Below are positions 14,015 through 25,342 of a stretch of 64,000 nucleotides of DNA, one piece after another (within the stretch, counting starts at the first letter, position 1; each line of letters opens with the position of its first letter). The stretch is from NCBI GenBank assembly GCA_049999805.1, contig JBNGIO010003970.1, forward strand, positions 1 through 64,000, in the 5' to 3' direction. Under the pieces are notes generated by a model that searched no databases, was not told the DNA's origin, and saw only the letters and a list, made by a program, of their open reading frames with translations. Made by a program: the position numbers and the translations under genes. The stretch comes from Folioceros fuciformis. Taxonomy: Eukaryota.

Positions 14015-14390
14015 TGACTTGCTTTCGACCGGCGCACTCTAGCTGATTTTTTGATAGACACCATTTTCCGGAGCATAGTGGCAAAATGGCCGCAGTGCTC
14101 CGATCTACGAGGCACTCCCACCATTTTGTCTCACTGTAGTGTAGATTGGGGAGGGATGCGCCGTTAGACTGGTGCACTCGAGGGTCTATGTTCGGAATGC
14201 GCATTTTTTCGGCACATTATGTAAAAGTGGTCGGAGTGCACCAGTTGCCCGAGGCACTTGCGCCAACCTATAGGGCTTCCGTATAGATTAGGGAGGGGGT
14301 GTGCTAGTAGACCGGCGCACTCCTGCCAGTTTGTTTGCCTTTGGATAATATTTGGGGGGAGTGCACCGGTAGACCAGCGCACTCTAGCCA
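14015..14390. repeat. Array of ~6 palindromic cores spaced ~60-80 bp, upstream of MTase copy 1
   Basis: e.g. gggagtgcaccggtagaccagcgcactc (~14357-14384) and ggtgtgctagtagaccggcgcactcc (~14298-14324); alternate spacers resemble each other. Confidence 0.8.
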
Positions 14391-14490
14391 TTGGAACTGA
14401 TTTTTTGCTCACTTAGGCTGGAATGGCATAGTTCATTGTTTGTGATTCTGCTTTTTGTGTGAAATTTCTTACTGAATTGCTTTTTGGCAG

Positions 14491-15680
14491 AAACTAGCGG
14501 ACATCACAGACGTAGAAGCGTTGCCAAAACCTTTGCATGATTATGTGTACTTTGCTAGAAACTTGGAAGCGCATGGAAGAAGAAATGCAAAGACTCGAAG
14601 ATGCAGATATGGATGCAAGATTATCGGAGTTCAGAGTCCCAAACAGTAACAATAAGACCAAATATCAAGTTATCAATTGAAACACTATGGAGATGAAAGC
14701 ATTTCTGGTAAAACAACCGTATACTCTTTGATTCACAGATTTACCTCACGAACTCCTACGACATGAATACGACATTCAACTAACAAGTGAAAAGCTTAAG
14801 GACATGATTCGAGAGTTTTCAGAATGCACCAGCAGTAAGGTGTACAGGTTGGTTCTCATGCACAGAATGGATCTGATTACACAGGCTAGGGAAGCACTTC
14901 GGCCATGGTGCAAGAAGGGGACCATTTAGACCTTAGTGTGGAAGAAGACTGACATATCCCCCAACGCAAGCGCATTAGAGACTGTCGAGTCTTTAACCAT
15001 TGGAAGTGTAGTTCACTCTAAAGCTTAAGATACAAAAGCTTCATTATTCGCGAATCAAGGATTCTTCCACGAGTTATAAGGCATGGAGCTGTGGTGAAGA
15101 AACATTTGTTCCACTCAGCAGATTCTCTAATCATCTCGTCGTATGAGAAGCCCCTTGGTTTAATGGGTATGTTGGTGAATTTGTTCTCCATTGAAGGGCA
15201 CTAGGTAGTGGATGCTTGCACAGGATCTGGGTCATTTTTAGAGTCTGCAATTTGAAGAGGAAGGCATGTTGTCGCAATGGATTTCGACATGAGATGCACC
15301 ACTTACATCATGCAACGGGTGAAAAGCATAGAGTCTTTGCTAGACTCTGATGAGAAGATCAGCACATAACTGTTCTCGCATGGCCTCGCAAAGGTTTGGG
15401 CCAAAGAAGTTTGCGTGGATGATAGTGTTGGCCATCGGATGCAAGTATTCAGTTTGTTGGGAAAAAAGGAGAGATTCTTTCACAATTAGACGACAAATCA
15501 GCAGAAGACCTTTATGCTATGACTGTATGGATGAGAATGGGACAATTCCGCCTCAGACTGTGGATGACCAGCATTTCTTTGTTCTAGATGTGAAGGGAGA
15601 TGACTTCGGAGACATTTAGGGCCAGCGCCTTAAAGACGTAGATGTAGTTGTCAATTCCGAGGCCAATCAAGATGTTCGTG
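14491..15680 (+). pseudogene. Beta-class N4-cytosine/N6-adenine DNA methyltransferase-like pseudogene, copy 1 (terminal exon)
   Basis: After acceptor tttttggcag: KLADITDVEALPKPLHDYVYF...YTL*FTDLPH (motif IV-like, 14738)...LVWKKT...YEKPLGLMGMLVNLFSIEGH*VVDACTGSGSFLESAI*RGRHVVAMD (SAM motif I at 15211); several stops and frameshifts. Confidence 0.8.
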
Positions 15681-15694
15681 TTTTTGTTTAGAGG

Positions 15695-18600
15695 TGTTGG
15701 TGAGGAAAGTGGAAGCGGATGGTTGTGGACTCCACATGCTGAGCAGACCCTGGGAAATAATAGGTTTTCTTTTTTTCTTTTTTTGATCTGGGAGTGAGTG
15801 CTGTAGAGGAAAGGTTGGGAGATTAGGTTAGAACAATAGTTAGATTTATGGTGAGTCGATAGGGTAGGTAGGTTGTGTGGTAGATAGGACACGGGCTCTC
15901 GTTCCTCAGGGTAAGGTAACGGAGGAATAGGGAACCCTAGGACGTCGTGGAAGGCGAGCCGGGGGTCCTCTGGCTGGTGCTGGTGGAAGCTGGGGGATAG
16001 GTATGGAGGTGCCTAGACCTGCCTTGGGCTCTACCCCAGGTACACTAGGGGCCGAGGATACTAAGATCAGGCAGCCATGCAGGAGGTGATTGGACTCCGT
16101 GGGTGCATCAAATCCGAAAGAGGCAGGCAACCTGGCCAGCTGCAGGCTGGCATCCCCGCAGCAGTGGAGGTAGGCCAGATGGGGGTAGGGCGCTCAGTGG
16201 CCTGTGGCAGGTCGCCGGGGCAGTCTATGATAGGCCGGTGGCCAGTTGGTGGTCTAGCGAGCTGCTAAGGAGCCTAGCCAGCAGCCCAGCGTCTTAGACA
16301 GCCAATAGCATCAGCTGCGCCAGGCAGCCAGGCTGGCTCGCTGGCCGGATCTGGGAGGCAAGCATGGGCAGCCAGCATGCTGGTTGCAAGCAGGCAATCG
16401 GGATGAACCCAAACTGGCCAGGCGGAGTGCAGGCAGCCGGTTGGGTGGCCGGGGTGGTCGGAGCTGGAGCAGGAAGGCGGTCTGGGTGGCTGGCCGGGCC
16501 AGCAGCAGCCCGATTGGCGGCCTGGCTATCAACGGTGAGGCTGCTGAGGAGCCGTCGGGCGACCCAGCAGATCAAGCCGAAGCCAGGAGCAGGCCAGGAA
16601 GGCTGGGTGGCCGGATTTGGACCAGCAGCACAGGCGGGCCAGGGCGACGTTGAATCCTGGCGGGCATGGATAGGACTGGTGGCTGGACCTAGCGGCGGGG
16701 CAAAGGAGGACAAGGCGGATCCCGCCAGCCGACTGCAGGCAAGCAGTCCAGCACGGGTTGCAGGCAGGCAGCCGGGGCTGATCTAGGCTTGTCAAAGCCG
16801 GGGCCAGATCTGGAAGCCGGCAGGTGGCAGCCAAATCCAGGCTAGGTAGGCGGCTGTTTGGTGTCGGGGCGGCCAGGTTGGTCGGCAAGGTAGGGTGTAG
16901 GTGGGCACTGCCAGAGCGAGGCCACCGCATGGCGGCTAGTGACTAGCTAGGTGGGGAGGGCCTGCTGGTTGGCAGACGAAGCCAGAAGGTTGGTTGGGAT
17001 AGGATCCCAAAGCCAAGCAGCGGCCTAGCTGGCTGTCTTAGCCAGGCAGTCGCCCGGCCTGCTAGCAGCCGGGGCGAATCCAGGCTGATCGGGCTGGTAG
17101 ATGGATCTGGCTGGGCAGCCAGGCAATCGCCTGGCCGGGGTGGATCCGGGTAGCCAGGCCTACTGGCTGGACCCTGGCCAGTCGGCGACCTGGCTGAATC
17201 GGGGCCAAAGCTGCCAGGCTGCAAGGGGCGAGTTGTCCCGGGATGGCTGCGGCTGGTCGTGGAGGCAGCCGGGCAGGCCAGGCTCAGAGCCAGGATGGGC
17301 CGGATCCTGGCCGGCAGGGTGCGCCGGGGCATGGCAGGCTAGGGCAGGCCTGAAGTAGGCCATGTCGGTGCAGGCTGGGAGCTGGATTCGGGCTAAGGCC
17401 CGGCGGGATCCAACTGGCTGGCCAGGGTGGATCTGAGCCAGGCTAGAGCCATGAGGAGGCCGAGGGCCGGTTGGTTGGTTGGCTGGCTGCTAAGGAGCCT
17501 AGCCAGCAACCCAGCCCGGCCCAGCAACAGGCAGCCCCGCAAGCGGGCCGTCTGGCCAGGTCAAGGAGGGCAGGCGGCTTGGCAGGTGGTATGGCGGGCT
17601 ACACAGGCCGCTGGGTTGGATTCGGGCAGGCAGCCTGGCTGGTCGGCAGGTAGGCGACTTGGCACCGGCGCAGGCAAGTAGCCGGCAGGTGGCAAGTTGG
17701 CTGGCTGGCGGGCCGATCCTGGAGGCCCGGCTAGCTGAGGCGCATTAGGGCCGAACCCTGGTAGGTGGGGAGAGTACTGGTTATTGGACCTGAGCGCCAG
17801 GGTCAGAGCCCAGCATAGGGATGGTTGGGCATAGATGTGCAGGGCCCCATGCCCGCTACCAGAGTTGAGCGGGGCGAGGTAGGCCGCTGGTCGCGGCTGG
17901 CTAGCAGGGGGCTGGGCCGGATCCAGATGGTGGATCCAGGCCGGCTGGCTAGTCGGCTCCAGTCGGCTTGGCTGGATAGGCGACTGGCAAGGCTGCTAAG
18001 GAGCAACCAAGCTTGCGGGCTGCCTGCAAGCTGAGGAGCAGCCAGGCCTTGCAGGTAGCCTGGCAAGGGGCTGGCTCAATAGAGGCCGGCGGCTGAGCAG
18101 CAACCAGGCAACCTAGAAGCCGGCGGGCGACCCAACAGCCCAGAGGTTGGCGGATCGAGGCAGCCAGGAGGCCAGATCGACAGATAGGCCTAGCTGGGTC
18201 AGCGAGGCGGCCTGGCAATGGATCTAAGCTAGCAGCTAGGCAGGCGAATCGAAGCAGAAGCCATTCAAGATGGGGCCGGATTCAGTCGCCCAGTATCGGA
18301 TAAAAGGGGGGTGGTTGAGCTGGAGGGGTCGCGGCCGTTTTTTCTTAGATTTCTTGGTGGCTGGACAGAAGGCAAAAAGCGGAGTCACAAAACCACTGGC
18401 CGCTGCCTCTAAATTATCCTCAGCCTTGCTCAGCTCGGGGACCTTATGGCTGGGAAGCACACTCTGGCTGGCCTCTAGTAGCATCTGCAGCAACAACAGA
18501 CAAGCTTGGTGAAGGTCTCGTCTGGGCGAGGTCAGATGGGCAAGGGGGTGGCGTTGCACCCAGGTGGCATCCAGGTCAGCCGACAGCTAATAGGGTGCAT

Positions 18601-20365
18601 GATGGCCGGATCTAGCAAGCCAAACAGACTGGCGGTGGGCTGGTTGGAACTTGGCTGAAGCATTTGGGCTGGCAGGCAAATCAAGGGAGGCTGGTGGAGA
18701 AAAGGTTGCTCGTCTCGGGGACTGAGGGTGTGCTGAGGCACCTGACTGGAATCAAATAAGGAATAAGAGGTGAGATCGAGGAAGCCTCAAGAAGTTGATA
18801 CCCTGTCACCTAGGGTCGTGGATGGAGACGTAGGAGGCGGTCCAGTGGAGAGACGAGCAAGGACTGCTGGGGATTTGACTGGGGTGATGCATTCCCTATA
18901 CCATGGCCAGCCAGTGGCCGTAATTAGCATACGGCTTGCCATCTGCGGGTAGTGGGTGGGAACCGACTCTCTACCGCAGGCGAAGAGCCTGATGCTAATT
19001 ACAACGATGATGGGTGGTGGTTGCCATTCCAGGACGCAGCGCCATGGGGCCATCCGCTCAAGGGCATCAACCCAACAGACCCTTCCAGCAGCTTGGAAGG
19101 TGGCCAGCCAAGGACGCAAGTGGCACATGGCGTTCCATCCATTAGTAGCAACCCTAGTTGCTTGTAGGCCGAAGGTGGTAGCATAGGGGTGCTACTAGTG
19201 GTGGGAAGCCCAGTGATGGTTATGTTGACAGGAATAGTGGAATGTCACCTCCACCTTGCAAGGTGCTCCTCCAGGGTGCTAGATGGTGATTTGCCGGGGC
19301 ATGAATTTTGACTGGCAGGATGGAGGGAAGGGCTTGAAGGAGGAAGACTCCAAAGAATGCAGGATGAGCTGATCCGGGAGAGGGGTGAGGTGTGTTGAGA
19401 AGCCTAGGTTAGGTCTAGGTCAGACCTAGGTCGGGTTAGGTCTAGGTCAGACCTAGGTCGGGTTAGGTCTAGGTCAGACCTAGGTCGGGTTAGGTCTAGG
19501 TCAGACCTAGGTCGGAATAGGTCTAGGCCAGACCTAGGACGGGTTAGGTCTAGGCCAGACCTAGGCCGGGTTAGGTCTAGGTCAGATCTAGGTCAGGTTA
19601 GGTCTAGGTTAGACTTAGGTCGGGTTAGGTCTAGGTTAGACCTAGGTCAGGTTTAGGTTAGAACGGGGCGTAGGATGGTTTAGGTCAGAGACAGAGATGG
19701 TTAGGTAGTTGACTCAGGTTAACCCTAGTAGAAAGAGGTGGAGGGCTAGGCAGTATAAGAGGGGGGAGACCTACCATTGAGAGGGGCTGTCTACGGTGCG
19801 ATTTCCCTGGACCTTGTGTGCAAAACTCTTGGCTTAGGGCGCTGAGCCGGTTGAGACTGAACCAAGGTCCTGATTTCCCTTGTCACTAGGGGAATGTGGA
19901 GAATCCCAAGACTGCCAAGATCCGTATGGCCGGATCCGCAAGGGCTGAATGATTCGCAGGCTAGCTGAAGTGAAGTGACAGGACCGTGAGCCAGGAGGGC
20001 TATTTAGTCCTAGCATCTACACTACGCTTGAAGGCTGTAAGGAGTGAAGCCGTTGTGTCCCAACTTCCAGGGGATAGCTGAAGCAAAGAGAGGAAGAGTT
20101 GGAGTGAAGTGCCTAGAAGTGAAGAGTGAGTTGCTGATGTGCAGGAGTGTGTGCTGAAGTGAAGGGAGAAGGGTTGAAGTGAAGAAGGAAGGACTGAAGT
20201 GGGGATCATGAAAAGTTGAAGAATTGAAGATCTAGAATGTGAGTTGTGTGAGTTGATTTGAAGATAGGCTAGGCTTCTGACCCCCTTGTTGTGTGCGTGT
20301 GGACAGGTCTATAGACCGGCTGATAGGTAGAAGCGTGAGTAGATAGCTGTGGGTGTTCCTTGACA
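15695..20365. mobile_element. Unclassified GC-rich repetitive element or relic with internal low-complexity repeats
   Basis: Recurrent gctgctaaggagc/ggctggccgg motifs over 15.9-18.7 kb; CTAG enrichment; 27-bp tandem array; no recognisable protein; approximate TG...CA ends without a clear TSD. Confidence 0.45.
19403..19660. repeat. 27-bp tandem repeat (~9 copies) ggttaggtctaggtcagacctaggtcg
   Basis: Units start at 19407, 19434, 19461 and so on; each contains a ctaggtc/gacctag inverted pair. Confidence 0.95.
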
Positions 20366-22355
20366 CTAGTTCACTCCCTTGGGAGCGAATCATAAGACTG
20401 CAATGACAATAAGGGGAGGTGTGGTCCTTTGATGTTCCTTGGATGCAAAAAATCACTCCACAATGGTGTATTATGATCATGAACATATTTGATTATGTCG
20501 TCTTTGAATATACGGTATGTAGATAAATGGTTTCCTCTCCATCAAACATAAACTTTAGTGCACCGATACACCGGCCCACTGAAAGTAAGATTCTCTTTTT
20601 TCTTAAACTTTTGGAGTTTGAAGGCCTCAGGTCCCACCTTGTCGTGGGCTTGAAGCGAATATACGGATATCGATTATGTCCAACTCACGTCAATATAAGT
20701 GGTTTTGGAAAAAGGCTAAAATATAGATATGTGACTAGGATGACATAAACTCAAATTTGCACCAAACGGGCTTTGTGGAATACGATTCTTAGGCACATAC
20801 CTTGTTTATTATTCTTTGGACCTAAAGTCTAGACAATAGTCATAAAAGCTAAGTATATCCTATCTATTTTATCGACCCCTAAGGTTCCGATTGTCCATAG
20901 ATGTTGATCTCAGAAACTCGGTGAGGCAGCAGTCAACTAGTAGACTTGAATGGGCTGCCAAAGTGGTAGGAGTGTTAGCTACTAGTGGGCTTGGGACCAT
21001 GGCGATGGGGGGTGGCATTGGTGAAGTGGGCCCAAGAGGACACTACTACAATTATCAAGTAATATTACGGTGTTTTGTTACATGATATGTTACGGTATCC
21101 AAGAAGTGTTATACCGCTAGTTACTGGTAGGGGTTTGGCCATGCAGGCCACCTATTGTAACAATAGCTGTAACACTTTCGACGTCGACCCTGCTCCTTCA
21201 TTTGAATGCCCTCCGCCTGCTAGACGCACGGTGCTCGCCGTGCCCATGCATTTATCGTATGACGTGGGGAGCGACGCCGAGGGTGCCATTTATGTTTTCC
21301 CAAGTGTTGTGGTTGGTCAGTTGATTGTAACGCCACTAGACCTTTTAGCACGCATACCAACTAACAGTACATATTATGACCACAAAGCCCCTGATGTCGC
21401 TTCAACACATTACATAAAAGGCTCATACTTGTAGACAGTGCAAGGGGTTTAGCCCTCCCTCAGACAAACAATGTGCGGCGTCCAAGAACAGTGATGTTCC
21501 GCAAAGGAAAAAGAAGCTAGCTACCCTTCTTATCATTCCTGCACGTTCACAATCTTCATTCAATATCAGCGCCTCATACATGCAATGTATGGCCTTCTTT
21601 GGGATCCAAATATCTACCCTCAAATACTTCACCTACCAGAGGTTGTGCAAGGGTTCTATGTAGAAGAGGTACCCATGGGATCGGCCACCAATCATCCCAT
21701 ACAAAAGTCCTTCGCAAAGGGCAATGCATGCCTCCACTATGCATTCAATTGCCTCTACCAACTGGAAATGAACTTCCTCATTCATAGCAAAGTCTGCGTA
21801 TGCCACGAAATGGTCCAACCTATTAATAGTGAACAACAAATGAGTTTTGTGTCTGAAGAAGTTTGCAGTGTCCAATTTCCTTTGCACAATTGTCAGCATT
21901 CCACAAAGGTTGCCTATGGATGTGAACATTGGCTTCAAGGCATGCTCGAGACCTGTCCACAAAGGTTGTCTACAAGGGTCCCACACGAGTCAGAGCTCCC
22001 TCACATAAACGTGACCTCCCCATGTCCACTTGTGGTAATGTACCTCCTCTTGCAAGGACAATCAAAGGTTTCCACATATATGCGCCTCCTTGTTGTGTGC
22101 AGTTATTCCTCGGCCAAATTGTGGATTGGTTTGCTCTACCTAAACATAAAACAAGTGCTCGTCAAGATATGTTGTGCAGTACAGCTTTTCCCTTGATGTC
22201 TCCATGAGAACAACCATCATGTTCTTTAGCCACACTATTCGCAGCTCCTAAATTGCCTTATGCATCGATTGTGCGAGTTCCCTTGCTCAGCCTAGCATCG
22301 ACAAGCCTAGTCTCTCACTACAAGCACCCCAAACCTTGACCTGATCATCAACAAC

Positions 22356-25342
22356 ATGGACAAGGAGTGGTTTTTAGTTCAGGATGAAAAACCAAGGGAT
22401 TACTCTACGTCTTGGGTTCCCGTGTTGTCATTGTGGATTAATGGCTTCAAGGACGAGAGGAATATGAGGCCGTCAGGGCAGGCTGGATTTTATGTGCTTC
22501 AGTGGATGGAGTGGAGGACGAAACTCACATAATTTTTTGCTCACAAGACATCCACCAAGCCACATTATAGACGATTACGATATGCACTCCATGATTCTTT
22601 TGAAAATTTCAAAGGTTGTTCCATGTAGATGCGAGCCTAGATGGATGAAAAGTGCGCTTTGAGGCGCTATTCAAGTTCAAGACGTGAGTATTTTATGTCG
22701 GCATAGTTAGTTAGATAAGTTCACCCTAATCTCAGTTAATTGAAGCTTTGAATACAATACAAAATGTTCACTATAAAGCCGAACCCTAATCACTTGTTTG
22801 CTGATGCTTACAAGGCCGAGGGGCAATTCACGAGGACTGTGTTGCGTTACATTGCAGAGGTGTCATCAAGAACCGGGCATTGCAAGCTAGGATTGGAGAG
22901 GACCGGGAGCAATAGAACCTTCAAGTTCCTAGTGCGGTGCAAAGAGGGAGAGAGCGCAGCGCAAGGATCACTTCCCAAACCATGCCACAGATGCAACCGG
23001 AACTATCTGAAGACAAGATCCTAATGTCGTCAGGACCAAAGGAAGAGGAGGTGGAGAAGGGGATAGGGTCTTTAGCAGAAGATAGTTTTGATGAAGCTTT
23101 GGGAGGCGGATAGTTTGGCAATGAAGAGGAAGACTCTAATGAGTCTCCCGCGGAATCACAACTCCAAAACGAAGACAGAAGGAGGTGCGCCGGCCAGACG
23201 ACGCACCCACCAAGGAGTCTCGGAAGCCTATGGTGGCATCTCCTGTTAAATCTAGGCGCAAAATTGCAGGTAGGTGGGAACAAGACTAGCAAATCGATTG
23301 TCATCCAATTCACGTTTGGGCTCTAACATTCATTGTCTTCTATAGCAGAGAATGCCTTAGTGCTCACGAAGAAACGCAAACAGCCGGCCACAAAGACTAG
23401 TGACGTGACTCTAACCCAGCAAAAGAAACGAGGGAAACACGCAGTTGTGGATTACGTGGAACCTCCAAAACCTGTGGACACTGATGCCGAAAGGCTAGAG
23501 CGTATCTCGCAAGACTAGGTCTACCTCAATTGTGTCAAGAAGAAAGCTTATGCCAAATAAATAAGGTCCACTATATTTGATTTGCATGTAGACACCTTAC
23601 ACCCTTCTTTGTTTCTCACAGCAGATGGTCAAATACGAAAGGTTGACAAAGCCTCGATGAAATCATTTGTAAGACAAATGAAGTATGGTCCAGTGAAAGA
23701 GGGAGTGTTGCCATTACTCTGTATGATTGATCCTGCACAAGCTAAAAAGAATGAAAGCACACAACGGATGAACAGTTGATGAAATTTCAACCCGCGTTTG
23801 CGAAAGTGGTAAGCCTGACATTTCATATCACCCCTTAATTAGAGCTTTGTGGTTTGTGTTGTTTAACAGTTTTGATGATGTTCAATTCAATGTGGAAGGG
23901 CGTTGGTAGAACGGCGCCCTACAGGGTGCTTTGTGGGAGTGCGCCGGTCTACCAGCGCACTCCAGGGTTTTGTGTGGGAGGGCGTCGGTCTACCAGCGCA
24001 CTCCAGGGTTTTGTGTGGGTGGGCGCCGATAGGCTGGCGCACTCTAGGGTCTTGTGTGGGAGTTTGCTAGTAGACCGGCACACTCCCAATTGATATTGTT
24101 TGTTTTTTGTTGTTTGTTTATTGATACTGTTTGTTTTTTTTCAGAAACTAGGAGACTTTGTCAACCTTGAATTGCTACCTAAGCCATTCTAGGATTTTGT
24201 TTACTTTGCTTGCAATTGGAAATGGATGGAAGAAGAAAAACAGAAGCTTGCGAGTGCAGATCTGGACGTTGGTCTTTGTGAATTTAGAGTTTTGAATGCG
24301 AATGAGAAGGTGAAGTATTAGGTAATCCAACGGAATGCACTGGAAATGAAAGCGTTTCTAGCTAAGCGTCCATACACAATGCTTTTCGCGGACTTGCCAA
24401 GAGGTCTCTAGAAATAGGAGTACGACTAATAACTAAAAAAAAAGAAAGAGCTGGAGGAAGTATTAAGCAGCTTCAATGAATGTACAAGTAGCACAATGAA
24501 AACCGGATTGTGTTCATGCATGGAGTTGATGGAATAACATAAGCGTTGGAAACATTGTGTCCATGGTGCAAGAAGGGCACAATTCAGACATTGATATGGA
24601 AGAAGACTAACATTCCTCTGAATGCAGGTGCTATAGAGATAGTAGAATATCTCATATAGGGCAATGCTGTGAAAACGGAAACATCTGTGGGTAAGGCTCC
24701 TCTCTTTGCTGAACATGGGTTTCTTCTACCTAGGGACGTTATGGGACTATTGTTAAGAAACACTTGTTTCACTTGGCTGATTCAATGGTCGTGTCGCCAT
24801 ATCACAAGGCTTTGGGCTTATTGTCGATGCTCGTACACATGTTTTCAACAGATGGAGATTGGGTAGTAGATGCATTTGCTGGTTTAGGTTCCTTTCTTCA
24901 AGCTGCCACTCAATGAGGCCAAAATGTGGTTGCGATTGACGTAGATGTTAGGTGCATTATGTATATGTAGCAAAGAGTGCATGGCATTAGCAACCTTCCA
25001 GACACGGATGAGGAAGTGACGACAAAGACGTTTCCAAGTGGTCATCGAAGTTCTATGCTAAGGAGGTGTGTGCTGACAGGAATATAGAGAGGAGAATGCA
25101 AGTATACAGCCTGCTTGGGAAAAAGGGAGAACGTCTACAACTGGCAACTGATAGACCAGCAGAGGAGCTTTATGTGACCACAATTTGGGATGAAAACTGT
25201 ACACTTCCACCCCAAACTGTGGACGCTCTAGAGTTTTCGCTGTTGGAAGTTGGAGGCGATGACTTCGCGGAAACAGAGGACCAACATTTGAAGGACGTAG
25301 ATGTCATAGTGGACTCTTGAAGCAAACGTTGAAGGACATTAA
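22356..25342 (+). pseudogene. Multi-exon beta-class N4C/N6A DNA methyltransferase-like pseudogene, copy 2
   Basis: Terminal exon from 24145 (tttttcag|AAACTAG, same phase as copy 1): KLGDFVNLELLPKPF*DFVYF...YTMLFADLPR (24391)...LIWKKT...YHKALGLLSMLVHMFSTDGDWVVDAFAGLGSFLQAATQ*GQNVVAID (24869); C-terminus DENCTLPPQTVD...DDF...LKDVDV matches copy 1. The upstream exons (~22356-23810) are tentative. Confidence 0.75.
23898..24088. repeat. Tandem array of ~5 x 41-bp units with the palindromic core, inside the intron before the MTase exon
   Basis: gtgcgccggtctaccagcgcactccagggttttgtgtggga and variants; the centre flips between TCTAC and GTAGA. Confidence 0.9.

Noticed and set aside
14015-14390. CRISPR-like array (palindromic repeats with spacers)
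   Set aside because: The repeats are degenerate and flip orientation, alternate spacers resemble each other (a higher-order repeat), there are no cas genes, and the context is eukaryotic.
15906-18741. Many overlapping Pro/Ala/Gly/Arg-rich ORFs on both strands
   Set aside because: Expected by-product of GC-rich low-complexity repeats; no domain signatures.
19403-19660. Interstitial telomere
   Set aside because: Only one GGGTTAGG per 27-bp unit; no tandem TTTAGGG or TTAGGG run.
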